Assembly: GCA_965205025.1 (NCBI GenBank)
Contig: CBDBFU010000004.1
Span: forward strand, 89,453 to 153,452
Direction: 5' to 3'
Length of the DNA stretch: 64,000 bases
From: Candidatus Poribacteria bacterium
Lineage (GTDB): Bacteria > Poribacteria > WGA-4E > WGA-3G
Of the stretch, positions 11,553 through 20,758 are shown piece after piece (the stretch's first letter is position 1; every line of letters begins with the position of its first letter). A program made the position numbers and the translations under genes. The notes beneath the pieces are model-generated. The model made no database searches and was not told the DNA's origin. It worked only from the letters and a program-made list of their open reading frames with translations.

Positions 11553-11780
11553 CTATTCTCCGTTTTCAAAATCTTCCATCGGATCGGATTCATCCTCAGT
11601 CACTTCTTCAGTTACATTTTGTATTCTTAACTCTGCCTGTTTAAGAAGTTCTTTGCAGGAACGTACTAAACCAACACCTTCTTCAAACAAGTTTAGAGAA
11701 GCATCTAACTCCATCGTTTCTGGGGACTCTAATTCTTCAACTATATTTTTTAATCTTTCAAGTTTTTCTTCAAATGTCAA
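11553..11780 (-). CDS. xseB: exodeoxyribonuclease VII small subunit
   Basis: TFEEKLERLKNIVEELE...LDASLNLFEEGVGL; follows xseA; AAGGAG before a TTG start. Confidence 0.93.
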   Translation of the reverse strand: MTFEEKLERLKNIVEELESPETMELDASLNLFEEGVGLVRSCKELLKQAELRIQNVTEEVTEDESDPMEDFENGE

Positions 11781-11794
11781 TATATTCTCCTTAA

Positions 11795-13036
11795 CTATTC
11801 ATTAAAACTCTCATCAACAGTACACCTGAGACTTCCTTTTGATAAAGTTACATCAAGTCCATCACCTTTGAATAACTGATGACTCGATGTTATAATTTCG
11901 CCAGACAAATTCCTGGAAATACTATATCCACGTTCAAGAGTTGCTAAGGGACTTACACCATGTAGTCTCGCAGACATAGACTGTAGGTTATTACTTTCAG
12001 ACTTAAGTTTTTCAGTAATTGCTCTCTGATACGCTGCTTCCAAATCATCAATTGACTGGGATAGATTATTAATGGCGTCTCTTCGTCTTTCTGGGGAAAG
12101 TCTGGAGTTTAGATCTGTTAGTATTCCTTTAAGACCACTTAATTGATTCTGTGATGCATTCGTCAACCGTTGTAACCACTGTTCAAGTTGAGTAATTAGT
12201 TCATCTTTATCTGGAACAACATGCTCCGCAGCAGCGGTTGGGGTGGGAGATCGATGATCAGCGACTAAATCTGAAATAGTAAAATCTATTTCATGTCCGA
12301 CAGCAGAAACAATCGGAATCTCAGAAGCAAAAATAGCTCGTGCAACAATTTCTTCATTAAAAGCCCAAAGATCTTCAATTGAACCACCACCACGACCTAC
12401 GATCAAGACCTCAATGTCCTTTCTCCTATTCATCGCATTTATAGCTTTAACTATTTGGCGTGGTGCTTTATCTCCTTGAACTGAAGTTGGATACAGCAGA
12501 AGTTCTGCTATAGGATAGCGTTTTTGAATCCGTTGATATATATCCTGAATAGCTGCTCCTGTTGCAGAAGTAATAACTCCAATTTTCTGTGGATATCTTG
12601 GTAATGGTTTTTTGTGAATGTCATTAAATAGACCTTCTTCTGCGAGTTTTTGCTTGAGTTGCTCAAATGCTCTCTGGAGTGCACCTTCACCAAGTGGTTC
12701 TATAGTGTTTATTTTTATCTGATAGTGGCTACTTGCTGGATATATATCAATTTTACCTTGTACCAATACTTCCTCTCCATCCCGGAGTTGAAACTTAAGT
12801 TTTGCAGCATTGTTGCGAAACATGACAGCATTTAAGATATTGTTTCCATCTTTTAAAGAGAAATATATATGACCAGATGAAGGTCGTCTTAGATTTGATA
12901 TTTCTCCTTTAACCCAAACATCACTTAATTGCGGATGTTTCTGGAGTATACGACTTATAGTCCTGATTATTTGTGATACAGAGTATATAGTTCGAGGTAT
13001 TGGTATATCTAATTGCATACTTGTCAAATAATTCAC
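11795..13036 (-). CDS. xseA: exodeoxyribonuclease VII large subunit
   Basis: VWVKGEISN, SGHIYFSLKD, GVITSATGAA, GRGGGSIEDLWAFNEE, SAVGHEIDFTISD. Confidence 0.97.
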   Translation of the reverse strand: MNYLTSMQLDIPIPRTIYSVSQIIRTISRILQKHPQLSDVWVKGEISNLRRPSSGHIYFSLKDGNNILNAVMFRNNAAKLKFQLRDGEEVLVQGKIDIYPASSHYQIKINTIEPLGEGALQRAFEQLKQKLAEEGLFNDIHKKPLPRYPQKIGVITSATGAAIQDIYQRIQKRYPIAELLLYPTSVQGDKAPRQIVKAINAMNRRKDIEVLIVGRGGGSIEDLWAFNEEIVARAIFASEIPIVSAVGHEIDFTISDLVADHRSPTPTAAAEHVVPDKDELITQLEQWLQRLTNASQNQLSGLKGILTDLNSRLSPERRRDAINNLSQSIDDLEAAYQRAITEKLKSESNNLQSMSARLHGVSPLATLERGYSISRNLSGEIITSSHQLFKGDGLDVTLSKGSLRCTVDESFNE

Positions 13037-13062
13037 TAAGTGATATAAACTAATCTAAGCAG

Positions 13063-13848
13063 TTATATTTTGTATTGAATCCTTTGAATACTTTCAGCTA
13101 AACCGGTGTTATCATCCAATGTAATATCTACAGCATTAAGTCTGATATTGTCTTTTGCCACAACAAAACGAGTTGGCATCATTGTTAGAAAACTCTCAAC
13201 AACTTGCTCTCTTTTACTACCAATTACCGAATCATGAGGTCCGGTCATACCTACATCTGTAATATAAGCGGTACCCTTAGGTAAGACCCGTTCATCCGCT
13301 GTTTGTACATGTGTGTGTGTACCAATTACAGCTCCAATTTTGCCGTCTGCATGCCATCCCATTGCTATTTTCTCAGATGTTGCCTCAGCATGAAAATCCA
13401 AAATAACGAATGGTGTTTCTGCCTTAACTTCAGTTAATATGGAATTCAACGCATGAAATGGATTAGCATATCTATTCATAAATATCTGACCAGCAAGATT
13501 GATAACTGCAAGTTTTGTACTCCCATCAACAGAAGGAACTATTGTCACTCCTTTTCCCAGTATTTCTGTCGGATAATTGGCAGGACGAATAAGTTGCGGG
13601 GTAGTATCAATAAAGTCAAAGATATCTTTGTTATCCCAAACATGATTCCCTGTTGTAATCGCAGAAACACCGGATGCTAACAGTTGGTCTACAATTTCAA
13701 ATGTAATTCCTTTACCACCTGCAGCATTTTCACCATTCGCAACTATGTAGTCGTATGTAATAGAGGATTTATTAAGTTCTTTTAGATATTCAGTTGTTGC
13801 TTTCCTTCCGGGGTTTCCGACAATATCACCAATAAAAAGTATTCTCAT
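13063..13848 (-). CDS. ymdB: YmdB/TIGR00282 family metallophosphoesterase
   Basis: FIGDIVGNPGR, NGENAAGG, TTGNHVWD, DFHAEATSEK, GTHTHVQTAD, TDVGMTGP. Confidence 0.93.
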   Translation of the reverse strand: MRILFIGDIVGNPGRKATTEYLKELNKSSITYDYIVANGENAAGGKGITFEIVDQLLASGVSAITTGNHVWDNKDIFDFIDTTPQLIRPANYPTEILGKGVTIVPSVDGSTKLAVINLAGQIFMNRYANPFHALNSILTEVKAETPFVILDFHAEATSEKIAMGWHADGKIGAVIGTHTHVQTADERVLPKGTAYITDVGMTGPHDSVIGSKREQVVESFLTMMPTRFVVAKDNIRLNAVDITLDDNTGLAESIQRIQYKI

Positions 13849-14049
13849 TTTATTCCCGTATTTATTTAAGTGTTTATAATTGGTTTATGGTATATATTCT
13901 GTGTGCTTATTGTAATTTTATTTTGATTTATGCAGAAATAACAAACGATATATTAGTTTATGGTGAAGTTGAAATATACACTTTTTACCACGGTAGGTGT
14001 TGAATGTATAATTAATTCTAAGACTATCATAGTTAATTTCATAAATGGT

Positions 14050-14571
14050 CTATACTGATTCAAGTTCAGCAAGAGTAAAGACTGATGCGAAATTACACCC
14101 AATTGCTTCTATCTTTTCACTACCACCCGATTGTCTGTCAATAACTGAAACCACATGTTCTACTATGTATCCTTCATCTCTAATTTGAGCTACGGATGTG
14201 CACACCTGACCAGCTGTTGTAATCACATCTTCAATTACAACAAGTGAACTTCCCTTTTCTACACCCCCTTCAATTAAATTACAAGTACCATATTTTTTCG
14301 CTTCCTTACGTACAAAACAACTCGGAATTCCTGTCTGTAAAGAGATAGCTGTGGCAAGTGGAATTCCTCCCAACTCTAATCCTGCCAATCCATCGATAGA
14401 ATTCGGCAAGAGATTTATCATCTCATTCGCAATTTCTCTCAATAAGTTTGGATTACTTTCAAAGCGATATTTATCCCAATAGAAATTGCTTATATTTCCA
14501 GAACGAAGTATAAATTCTCCTGTAAGATAAGAAACTAACTTAAGCTGTTTAGCCAATTCAAACTTTGTCAT
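14050..14571 (-). CDS. pyrE: orotate phosphoribosyltransferase
   Basis: GEFILRSG, GLELGGIP, VRKEAKKYGT, PRPP loop VIEDVITTAG. Confidence 0.88.
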   Translation of the reverse strand: MTKFELAKQLKLVSYLTGEFILRSGNISNFYWDKYRFESNPNLLREIANEMINLLPNSIDGLAGLELGGIPLATAISLQTGIPSCFVRKEAKKYGTCNLIEGGVEKGSSLVVIEDVITTAGQVCTSVAQIRDEGYIVEHVVSVIDRQSGGSEKIEAIGCNFASVFTLAELESV

Positions 14572-14593
14572 TAAGAGTCACCAATCAACCTAT

Positions 14594-15640
14594 TTAATAC
14601 ACCTGAATATGAGCAATATCAGAGTCTACTACTTCTCCGATAATGGCGGCTTCTGGACAATTCCCAGAATGTAGTTCTTCTATTGCAGAATCCGCATTCT
14701 CTGCAGGAAGTGCAAAGAGTAATCCACCAGATGTTTCTGCTTCCATCAATATATGCTGCATCTCATCGGAAACTGTGGACTTAAATGTCACTTTATCAGA
14801 TAGAAATGCAGTATTGGCAAGATACGCTTGTGTGTAAGTATCTTGAGCAACAAGAGAAGGAGCATCTGGGAAATATGGGACAGTCTTACAGTTAATCATT
14901 AGGCCAATATCATTTCCGCCAGCCATTTCAGATGCATGTCCAAGTAGTCCATAACCGGTTACATCTGTACAAGCACTCGCATCATACTTTAACATTACTT
15001 CAGAAGCCGTAGCATTTAATCTTGTCATAGATTCAACAACTTGTGGCAATATCTTATCGCTAATTTTGTCAAATTTTAATCCTGTTGTGAGAATACCTAC
15101 ACCCAGATTCTTCGTTAATATCAGGACATCTCCCGGTTGTGCTCCATAATTCTTAATATATTTCTCTGGATGAACAACCCCTGTAACCGCTAATCCATAC
15201 ATCAATTCTGGTGAATCTACTGTATGGCCTCCGACAAGAACAGCCCCTGATTCTACAACTTTATCCGCGCCACCTTTGATAATATCACCAAGGACTGACA
15301 ACTCAAGATCAGATTTTGGCCAGCATGTAATATTCAATGCTGTCTTCGGCTTACCCCCCATACTATACACATCACTTAATGAATTTGTCGCTGCAACAGC
15401 ACCGAAAGTATATGGATCATCAACAATTGGTGTGAAATAATCTACAGTATTAACAAGAGCAATATCATCTGAGAGACGGTATATTCCAGCATCGTCAGAT
15501 GTTTCAGTTCCTACGAGCAAATTGGGGTCTGTTGATTCTGGCAAGTTATCCAATATGTGTTCAAGCTCACCCGGAGCAAGTTTAGATGCTCAGCCAGCAC
15601 ATTTTACAGTAGCAGTTAGACGAATCTTTTGTTTAGTCAT
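14594..15640 (-). CDS. selD: selenide, water dikinase (selenophosphate synthetase), selenocysteine-containing
   Basis: Manual translation from ATG 15640: MTKQKIRLTATVKCAG-TGA-ASKLAPGELEHILDNLP, continuing in frame into the track ORF (DDAGIY, TVDYFTPIVDDP, NSLSDVYSMGG, GGHT, TDVTGYGLLGH, ETSGGLL). The TGA (15592-15590) is codon 17, at the catalytic Cys/Sec position. Confidence 0.95.
15565..15577 (-). promoter_or_regulatory. candidate bacterial SECIS apical hairpin in selD mRNA
   Basis: mRNA reads UGA-GCAUCUAAACUU-GCUC-CGGGU-GAGC: a 4-bp stem with a G-rich loop starting 16 nt after the UGA. Confidence 0.55.
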
Positions 15641-15738
15641 AGTATAGGATGTGTATTGAACAGATCTTTGTATGAAGAATTCTATATTATGTGGTTATCA
15701 TTGAAACCAATTATGATAAACCATTAACATCGTATAGG

Positions 15739-16638
15739 TTAGTCTTTCAGTTGTTTAAGAACGGTTTTCACATACGCGACACTTCGTCCATCTTGATGGA
15801 ATTGGTCTCCATAGCGGACACCTTCGATTGCCAAATACCCATCGAAATCAACATTATACAATGCGGAAATAGCAAATCGGTAATCAATTTCACCATCAGG
15901 TAGTGGAACTTGGACATAAATCGCAGTTTCTAAATCGGGGATATGGACTCGATAAAGACTCTTACAATGCCAATAGTTGACATGTGGTGCTAATGCTACA
16001 ATCGCTTCTTCACAGGTTTCTTCTGGTATGTCGTAAGTCCAATAAATGTTACCTAAATCCGGATTTAATCCAACGTTAGAAGCATCGATCAACTCAAGTA
16101 GATGTAAGGCTGACCAACTATTATCTACAATTGAATTTTGATGAACTTCAATTGAGATAGAAACATCTTTATCAGAAGCAATTGCCGCTACTTCAGAAAT
16201 GGCATCCGCTGTCCGTTCATAATCTAAAGTTCCTGCGTGACGACTTGAACCTTGAGAAATGGGTTCACCACGATATGTGCCTTTTGCGTTTGGATCCTTT
16301 GGAGGTGTAGTGACAGTAGAATTAACTACTTTGGATCCAATTTTAGTAGCAAAATCCACTGCATTCTTCATGGCTTGTTTATTATTCGATGCAGTTCGAG
16401 GATGAGCTGCACCACCTCCACCGCGGACAGCAGCACATGTTAATCCTGAATCTTCAATCTGTTTTCTAAGATCACCAATTTCTGTATCTGGAAGATTCAT
16501 CGTTGGTAGTTCAATACCATCAAATCCAATTTCTTTAGTTTTCTTAAGAAACTGTAGTCGGTTATCTAAATCAGATGGTAACCCTCCACCATTGTATGGA
16601 AATAGAGCACATCGTCGAAAAGCATAAGCTATCTTCAT
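15739..16638 (-). CDS. sugar phosphate isomerase/epimerase (xylose isomerase-like TIM barrel)
   Basis: GFDGIEL, SIEVHQNS, GLNPDLGN, WHCK, GEIDY, FDGYLAIE. Confidence 0.85.
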   Translation of the reverse strand: MKIAYAFRRCALFPYNGGGLPSDLDNRLQFLKKTKEIGFDGIELPTMNLPDTEIGDLRKQIEDSGLTCAAVRGGGGAAHPRTASNNKQAMKNAVDFATKIGSKVVNSTVTTPPKDPNAKGTYRGEPISQGSSRHAGTLDYERTADAISEVAAIASDKDVSISIEVHQNSIVDNSWSALHLLELIDASNVGLNPDLGNIYWTYDIPEETCEEAIVALAPHVNYWHCKSLYRVHIPDLETAIYVQVPLPDGEIDYRFAISALYNVDFDGYLAIEGVRYGDQFHQDGRSVAYVKTVLKQLKD

Positions 16639-17246
16639 CCGTCTTCTCCATCAAAAAGGTATGTCACAACCTGCTGAAGTTCTTGAAAAAGTTGATTGAA
16701 TTGTTTTATAACATCCCCATTACACGTCTGCAATTTCTTACTTTCAATCTGTGTCCGTAAACTTTCTAATATGTTCTTATAATACCAAGTCTGTTCTGGC
16801 AGACCTCCATGAAACCGTTCCCATATAGTGTCCCCAATCAAATCGTACTCAGAGATAACTGTACGTAGGTTATGTAGCTTATCGGCACATGTGACTATAC
16901 ACACCTCAGCACTTGCATTCTTTAATGAATTAATACATTCAGTTTTACGCGCTCTCCACTTAAGGGACTTATTCTCTGAACAACCATCTACTATATCTGC
17001 AATGGTGTCACCAAAATTTTCACGAATGGAAGCGAGTGTTAGATCTGTGTCTTCAACAGTATCGTGTAGAATACCTGCAATAACCACAGTTTCTGAACAT
17101 CCTGCATTCATTAACAGTAAACCTACAGCATAGGGATGAGAAATATAAGGGGTATTAGTTCCTTTCCGAAATTGTCCGTGGTGGGCTTCCGCTGCGACTT
17201 CAATTGCTTCCTCAATTCGATTTTTACGAGTTCCTTTTTCAGTCAT
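16635..17246 (-). CDS. stand-alone HD-domain (p)ppGpp hydrolase-like protein (Mesh1/SAH type)
   Basis: AHHGQFRKG, PYISHP, AGILHDTVEDT, CADKLHNLR; no synthetase domain. Start taken at ATG 17246. Confidence 0.85.
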   Translation of the reverse strand: MTEKGTRKNRIEEAIEVAAEAHHGQFRKGTNTPYISHPYAVGLLLMNAGCSETVVIAGILHDTVEDTDLTLASIRENFGDTIADIVDGCSENKSLKWRARKTECINSLKNASAEVCIVTCADKLHNLRTVISEYDLIGDTIWERFHGGLPEQTWYYKNILESLRTQIESKKLQTCNGDVIKQFNQLFQELQQVVTYLFDGEDG

Positions 17247-17473
17247 ACCACAGGTCGCCAATCCCAAAAGAGTGAGTTGCCATCCTAATTAAACAAAGAG
17301 AATGTGAAGTGCGTGTCTTAGAAAAATGAGGATTTTTAGCGTGTTAAATGATACACTATTTAATGCTATCGGTCAAGATCTTTTTATACTAACATGAATA
17401 ATCAATTTAATACCTTGTTATGTTTCTTAACAACGTCAATTCACAATAGGGGTGTAAATCAAAGGACACATTT

Positions 17474-18928
17474 ATGGGTACAATCGCAATTGGTGGGATA
17501 ATGCATGAGTCAAATACGTTTAGTACAGTAACAACTGATTTTGATGCATTCTCTCATTCTAATGGGGACAATCTTATTGATAAGTGGGAAGATACTCACC
17601 ATGAAATGGGTGGCTTCATTGAATATTTGGCAGATCAGAACTACAGGATGCATCCCACACTCATGGCTTCTGCTACACCCGCTGGTCCTGTAACTGATTC
17701 AGCATTTGAGCAACTCACCACTGATCTAATAAATCAATTACTATCATCACCGAATTTAAATGGAATACTCTTGGCTTTACATGGTGCGATGGTGGTAGAA
17801 AGTTATCCTGATGGGGATGGAGAAGTTCTAAAAAGACTACGTGATAGCTTCGGTGAATCAATACCGATTGTTGTAACACTTGACCATCACGCGAATGTTT
17901 CACAACAAATGGTAGATAAATCAACAGCTCTTGTCATATATAAGACGAATCCTCACATAGATCAACGTCAAAGGGGAATACAAGCAGCAGAACTGATGAT
18001 AAGGATACTTGACGGTGTGGTTTCACCCACACAAGCACTTGCAAAGCCTCCTATGATATTAAACATACTTTATCAAAATACAAGTGCTGCACCGATGAAT
18101 CCTATATTAGATGAGGTTAAAAGGCTTGAATCTCAAGGTGACATTCTTGTAGGTAACGCTGCAGCTGGGTATCCTTATGCTGATGTATACGAAGTTGGTC
18201 CATCATTTGTTATCGTAAGCGACAATAATATGCAAATTGCCCAAAAAGAAGCAGATAGATTATCAGACATGTTATGGGATGAGCATAAAAACTTAACCCT
18301 CAATCTTCCAGATGCCGAAAACGCTGTAAAGCAAGCCATAGAGAGTGATAAATATCCTGTTATCTTGGTGGAAATGGGGGACAATATCGGTGGTGGTTCA
18401 CCTGGGGATAGTACTTTTATTCTATCTGAATTAGTCAAACAGAATGCCTCAGGGTACGTAGTTGTTATCTGTGATCCAGAATGTGTACAATCCTGTAGCC
18501 AAGCCGGTGTCGGTAATAAAGTATCCTTACAAGTTGGAGGTAAATCGGATAACCAACACGGCGAACCTGTTTCAATACAAGGAACGATACGATCCATCCA
18601 TGATGGACATTTTATTGAGACGGAACCAAGACATGGAGGACAAAGGAATCATGACCAAGGGTTAACTACAGTTGCTGCAGTGGATGACTCTTTGGTTGTA
18701 TTAACAAGTAAACGTCAAACACCGTTCAGTTTACATCAACTGTATAGCCTCGGTATTGATCCTGAAAGGATGCGAATAATAGTCGTTAAGGCAGCAATAG
18801 CATACCGTGCAGCTTATGAACCAATTGCAGGCAAAATCATTGAAGTTGACACTCCTGGATTGACTGCAGTGAATCCATTGCATTTTACATATAACCATGT
18901 TCGTAGACCTTTGTTTCCATTGGATTAA
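17474..18928 (+). CDS. MlrC / M81 family metallopeptidase
   Basis: HESNTFS, LALHGAM, TLDHHAN, YKTNPHID, DNIGGGSPGDST. Confidence 0.9.
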   Translation: MGTIAIGGIMHESNTFSTVTTDFDAFSHSNGDNLIDKWEDTHHEMGGFIEYLADQNYRMHPTLMASATPAGPVTDSAFEQLTTDLINQLLSSPNLNGILLALHGAMVVESYPDGDGEVLKRLRDSFGESIPIVVTLDHHANVSQQMVDKSTALVIYKTNPHIDQRQRGIQAAELMIRILDGVVSPTQALAKPPMILNILYQNTSAAPMNPILDEVKRLESQGDILVGNAAAGYPYADVYEVGPSFVIVSDNNMQIAQKEADRLSDMLWDEHKNLTLNLPDAENAVKQAIESDKYPVILVEMGDNIGGGSPGDSTFILSELVKQNASGYVVVICDPECVQSCSQAGVGNKVSLQVGGKSDNQHGEPVSIQGTIRSIHDGHFIETEPRHGGQRNHDQGLTTVAAVDDSLVVLTSKRQTPFSLHQLYSLGIDPERMRIIVVKAAIAYRAAYEPIAGKIIEVDTPGLTAVNPLHFTYNHVRRPLFPLD

Positions 18929-18944
18929 CGTATTTCTCCAAAAG

Positions 18945-18981
18945 TGTCAAAATTGACAACTCACTTCTCCTGTGGTATTCT
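18945..18981 (+). promoter_or_regulatory. sigma70-like promoter with a dyad over the -35 element
   Basis: TTGACA (18953-58), 17 nt, TATTCT (18976-81); TGTCAA-AA-TTGACA palindrome at 18945-58. Confidence 0.5.
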
Positions 18982-19023
18982 GAAAAGCAAAGAAAACCAG
19001 AAAATGTGTAATGAGGAAGAAAA

Positions 19024-20625
19024 TTGAAACGATTTGGCACACAAGGTCCTGTTCATCCTGATAGGAATTATATTGTCAGTCGATCAGAAGAGATTAATGA
19101 CTTCATTGATCGAGTTAAAGATGGACGGTATATTGTAGTCTTCGCCCCTCGTCAGACTGGTAAAACTACTTTTTTCCAACGAGCACTTGAAGCGTTTGCT
19201 AACCCTGAATCAACTTATCTACCTATACAATTGAACTTTGAAGAATATCATGACTCTCATCATTCCATCTTTTACAACCACCTGCGTCAAGATATTTATG
19301 ATGAGATTGAAAAGACACTTCAGAAACGAAATCAACACATGTCAGGTTCACTTCAGAACTTTATAAATGATGCTGACATTACCGAACATATATCAATGCG
19401 AAGATTCTTTATGGAGTTAGATGAGATTGTTAGAAGTGAATTTAATATAAAAAGAATCATTCTAATAATTGACGAATTTGATGGTATACCTAAAGTAGCC
19501 ATCAGTGGATTTCTTCATTCACTTCGTAGAATATATTTGTTAGATTCACCTTATAAATGTCCACATAGTGTTGGAATTGTTGGTGTGAAAAATATAGCAC
19601 AACTCAATTTTGATCGCTCAATTTCTCCATTCAATATTCAAGATGAATTCTATCTACCAAACTTTAATCTTGAACAAGTACGAGATCTCCTTCAACAGTA
19701 TACAGATGAGGTTGGACAGTCATTTGATACGATTGTAGTTGAATCTATTCACAAACAGACTGCTGGACAACCATTTCTGGTGAATCGGTTAGCACAAATA
19801 CTTACTGAAGAATTAGAAATCTCAAAAACTGAAACAATCTCAATTGAACATTTTCTACAAGCACACACCCAATTACTTCATGAGAGTAATACGAACATTG
19901 AGCATTTGACAACTAATGTTCGACGAAATCCAAAATTCGAGAGTATTTTGATGAAAATAACTGCTTCAGAGGATAGTGTTCCATTTAACCTAAGGGATGA
20001 ACTGATTAGTGAACTTTCGACTTATGGTGTCATTCGTAAAGGTACAGATGGAATGTGTGAAATAGCGAACCCTATCTATCTATACACCATATTGCAAACA
20101 TTCAAACCTGCTGTAAATGGATTAGAACAGCAATACCTCCCTGAGGACACGAATAACGGGTTTCTTGATTATCTGAAATCAGATGGACATATCCAAATGG
20201 ATAGGCTGTTGGATAACTTTCGGGATTTTATTACCCGCGCTGGATATAAGATATTGGAAGTGCCTGATACCCCTCAAGAATCTGTGGGTCGTCATCTTTT
20301 ACTGTCATACTTTGAGCAGTTTGTCAAGTTAGTGGGAGGCTTCATGCACATTGAAGTGCAATCAGGACGGGGTAGACTTGATTTATTAATCACTCACAAC
20401 CAACGGAAATATATCGTTGAAACAAAGGTATGGAGAGGGAAAGCCAGATATGATGCTGGTAAAAGACAACTTGCTTCGTATCTCAATACCGAAGGTGCTA
20501 CTGAAGGATATTATGTTGTCTTTGATCACCGAACAAACCCCGAACCTCGTTCTGAAACAGATGAACTTGATGGTTATCTTATCAGAAGTTATGTAATTCC
20601 AGTTATACAACAGCGTCCGACTTAA
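19024..20625 (+). CDS. AAA-family ATPase with C-terminal PD-(D/E)XK nuclease-like domain
   Basis: Walker A APRQTGKTT, Walker B ILIIDEFD, TAGQPFLV; C-terminal GRGRLDLLI...IVETK...QLASYL. Confidence 0.85.
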   Translation: MKRFGTQGPVHPDRNYIVSRSEEINDFIDRVKDGRYIVVFAPRQTGKTTFFQRALEAFANPESTYLPIQLNFEEYHDSHHSIFYNHLRQDIYDEIEKTLQKRNQHMSGSLQNFINDADITEHISMRRFFMELDEIVRSEFNIKRIILIIDEFDGIPKVAISGFLHSLRRIYLLDSPYKCPHSVGIVGVKNIAQLNFDRSISPFNIQDEFYLPNFNLEQVRDLLQQYTDEVGQSFDTIVVESIHKQTAGQPFLVNRLAQILTEELEISKTETISIEHFLQAHTQLLHESNTNIEHLTTNVRRNPKFESILMKITASEDSVPFNLRDELISELSTYGVIRKGTDGMCEIANPIYLYTILQTFKPAVNGLEQQYLPEDTNNGFLDYLKSDGHIQMDRLLDNFRDFITRAGYKILEVPDTPQESVGRHLLLSYFEQFVKLVGGFMHIEVQSGRGRLDLLITHNQRKYIVETKVWRGKARYDAGKRQLASYLNTEGATEGYYVVFDHRTNPEPRSETDELDGYLIRSYVIPVIQQRPT

Positions 20626-20758
20626 AATATTTCCCATACTCTAAGACTATCTTCCTGATTTAACCTTCCAATCCTATCCTTCCATATAGATTTTAATCAA
20701 CCATTAAGAAATATTTTCGTTAAATACAGCATATACTGTTTTAATTACGGAGTTTTTT

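Noticed and set aside
14594-15553. selD as a truncated gene or pseudogene
   Set aside because: The in-frame TGA sits exactly at the catalytic Cys/Sec position, with an intact N-terminus upstream.
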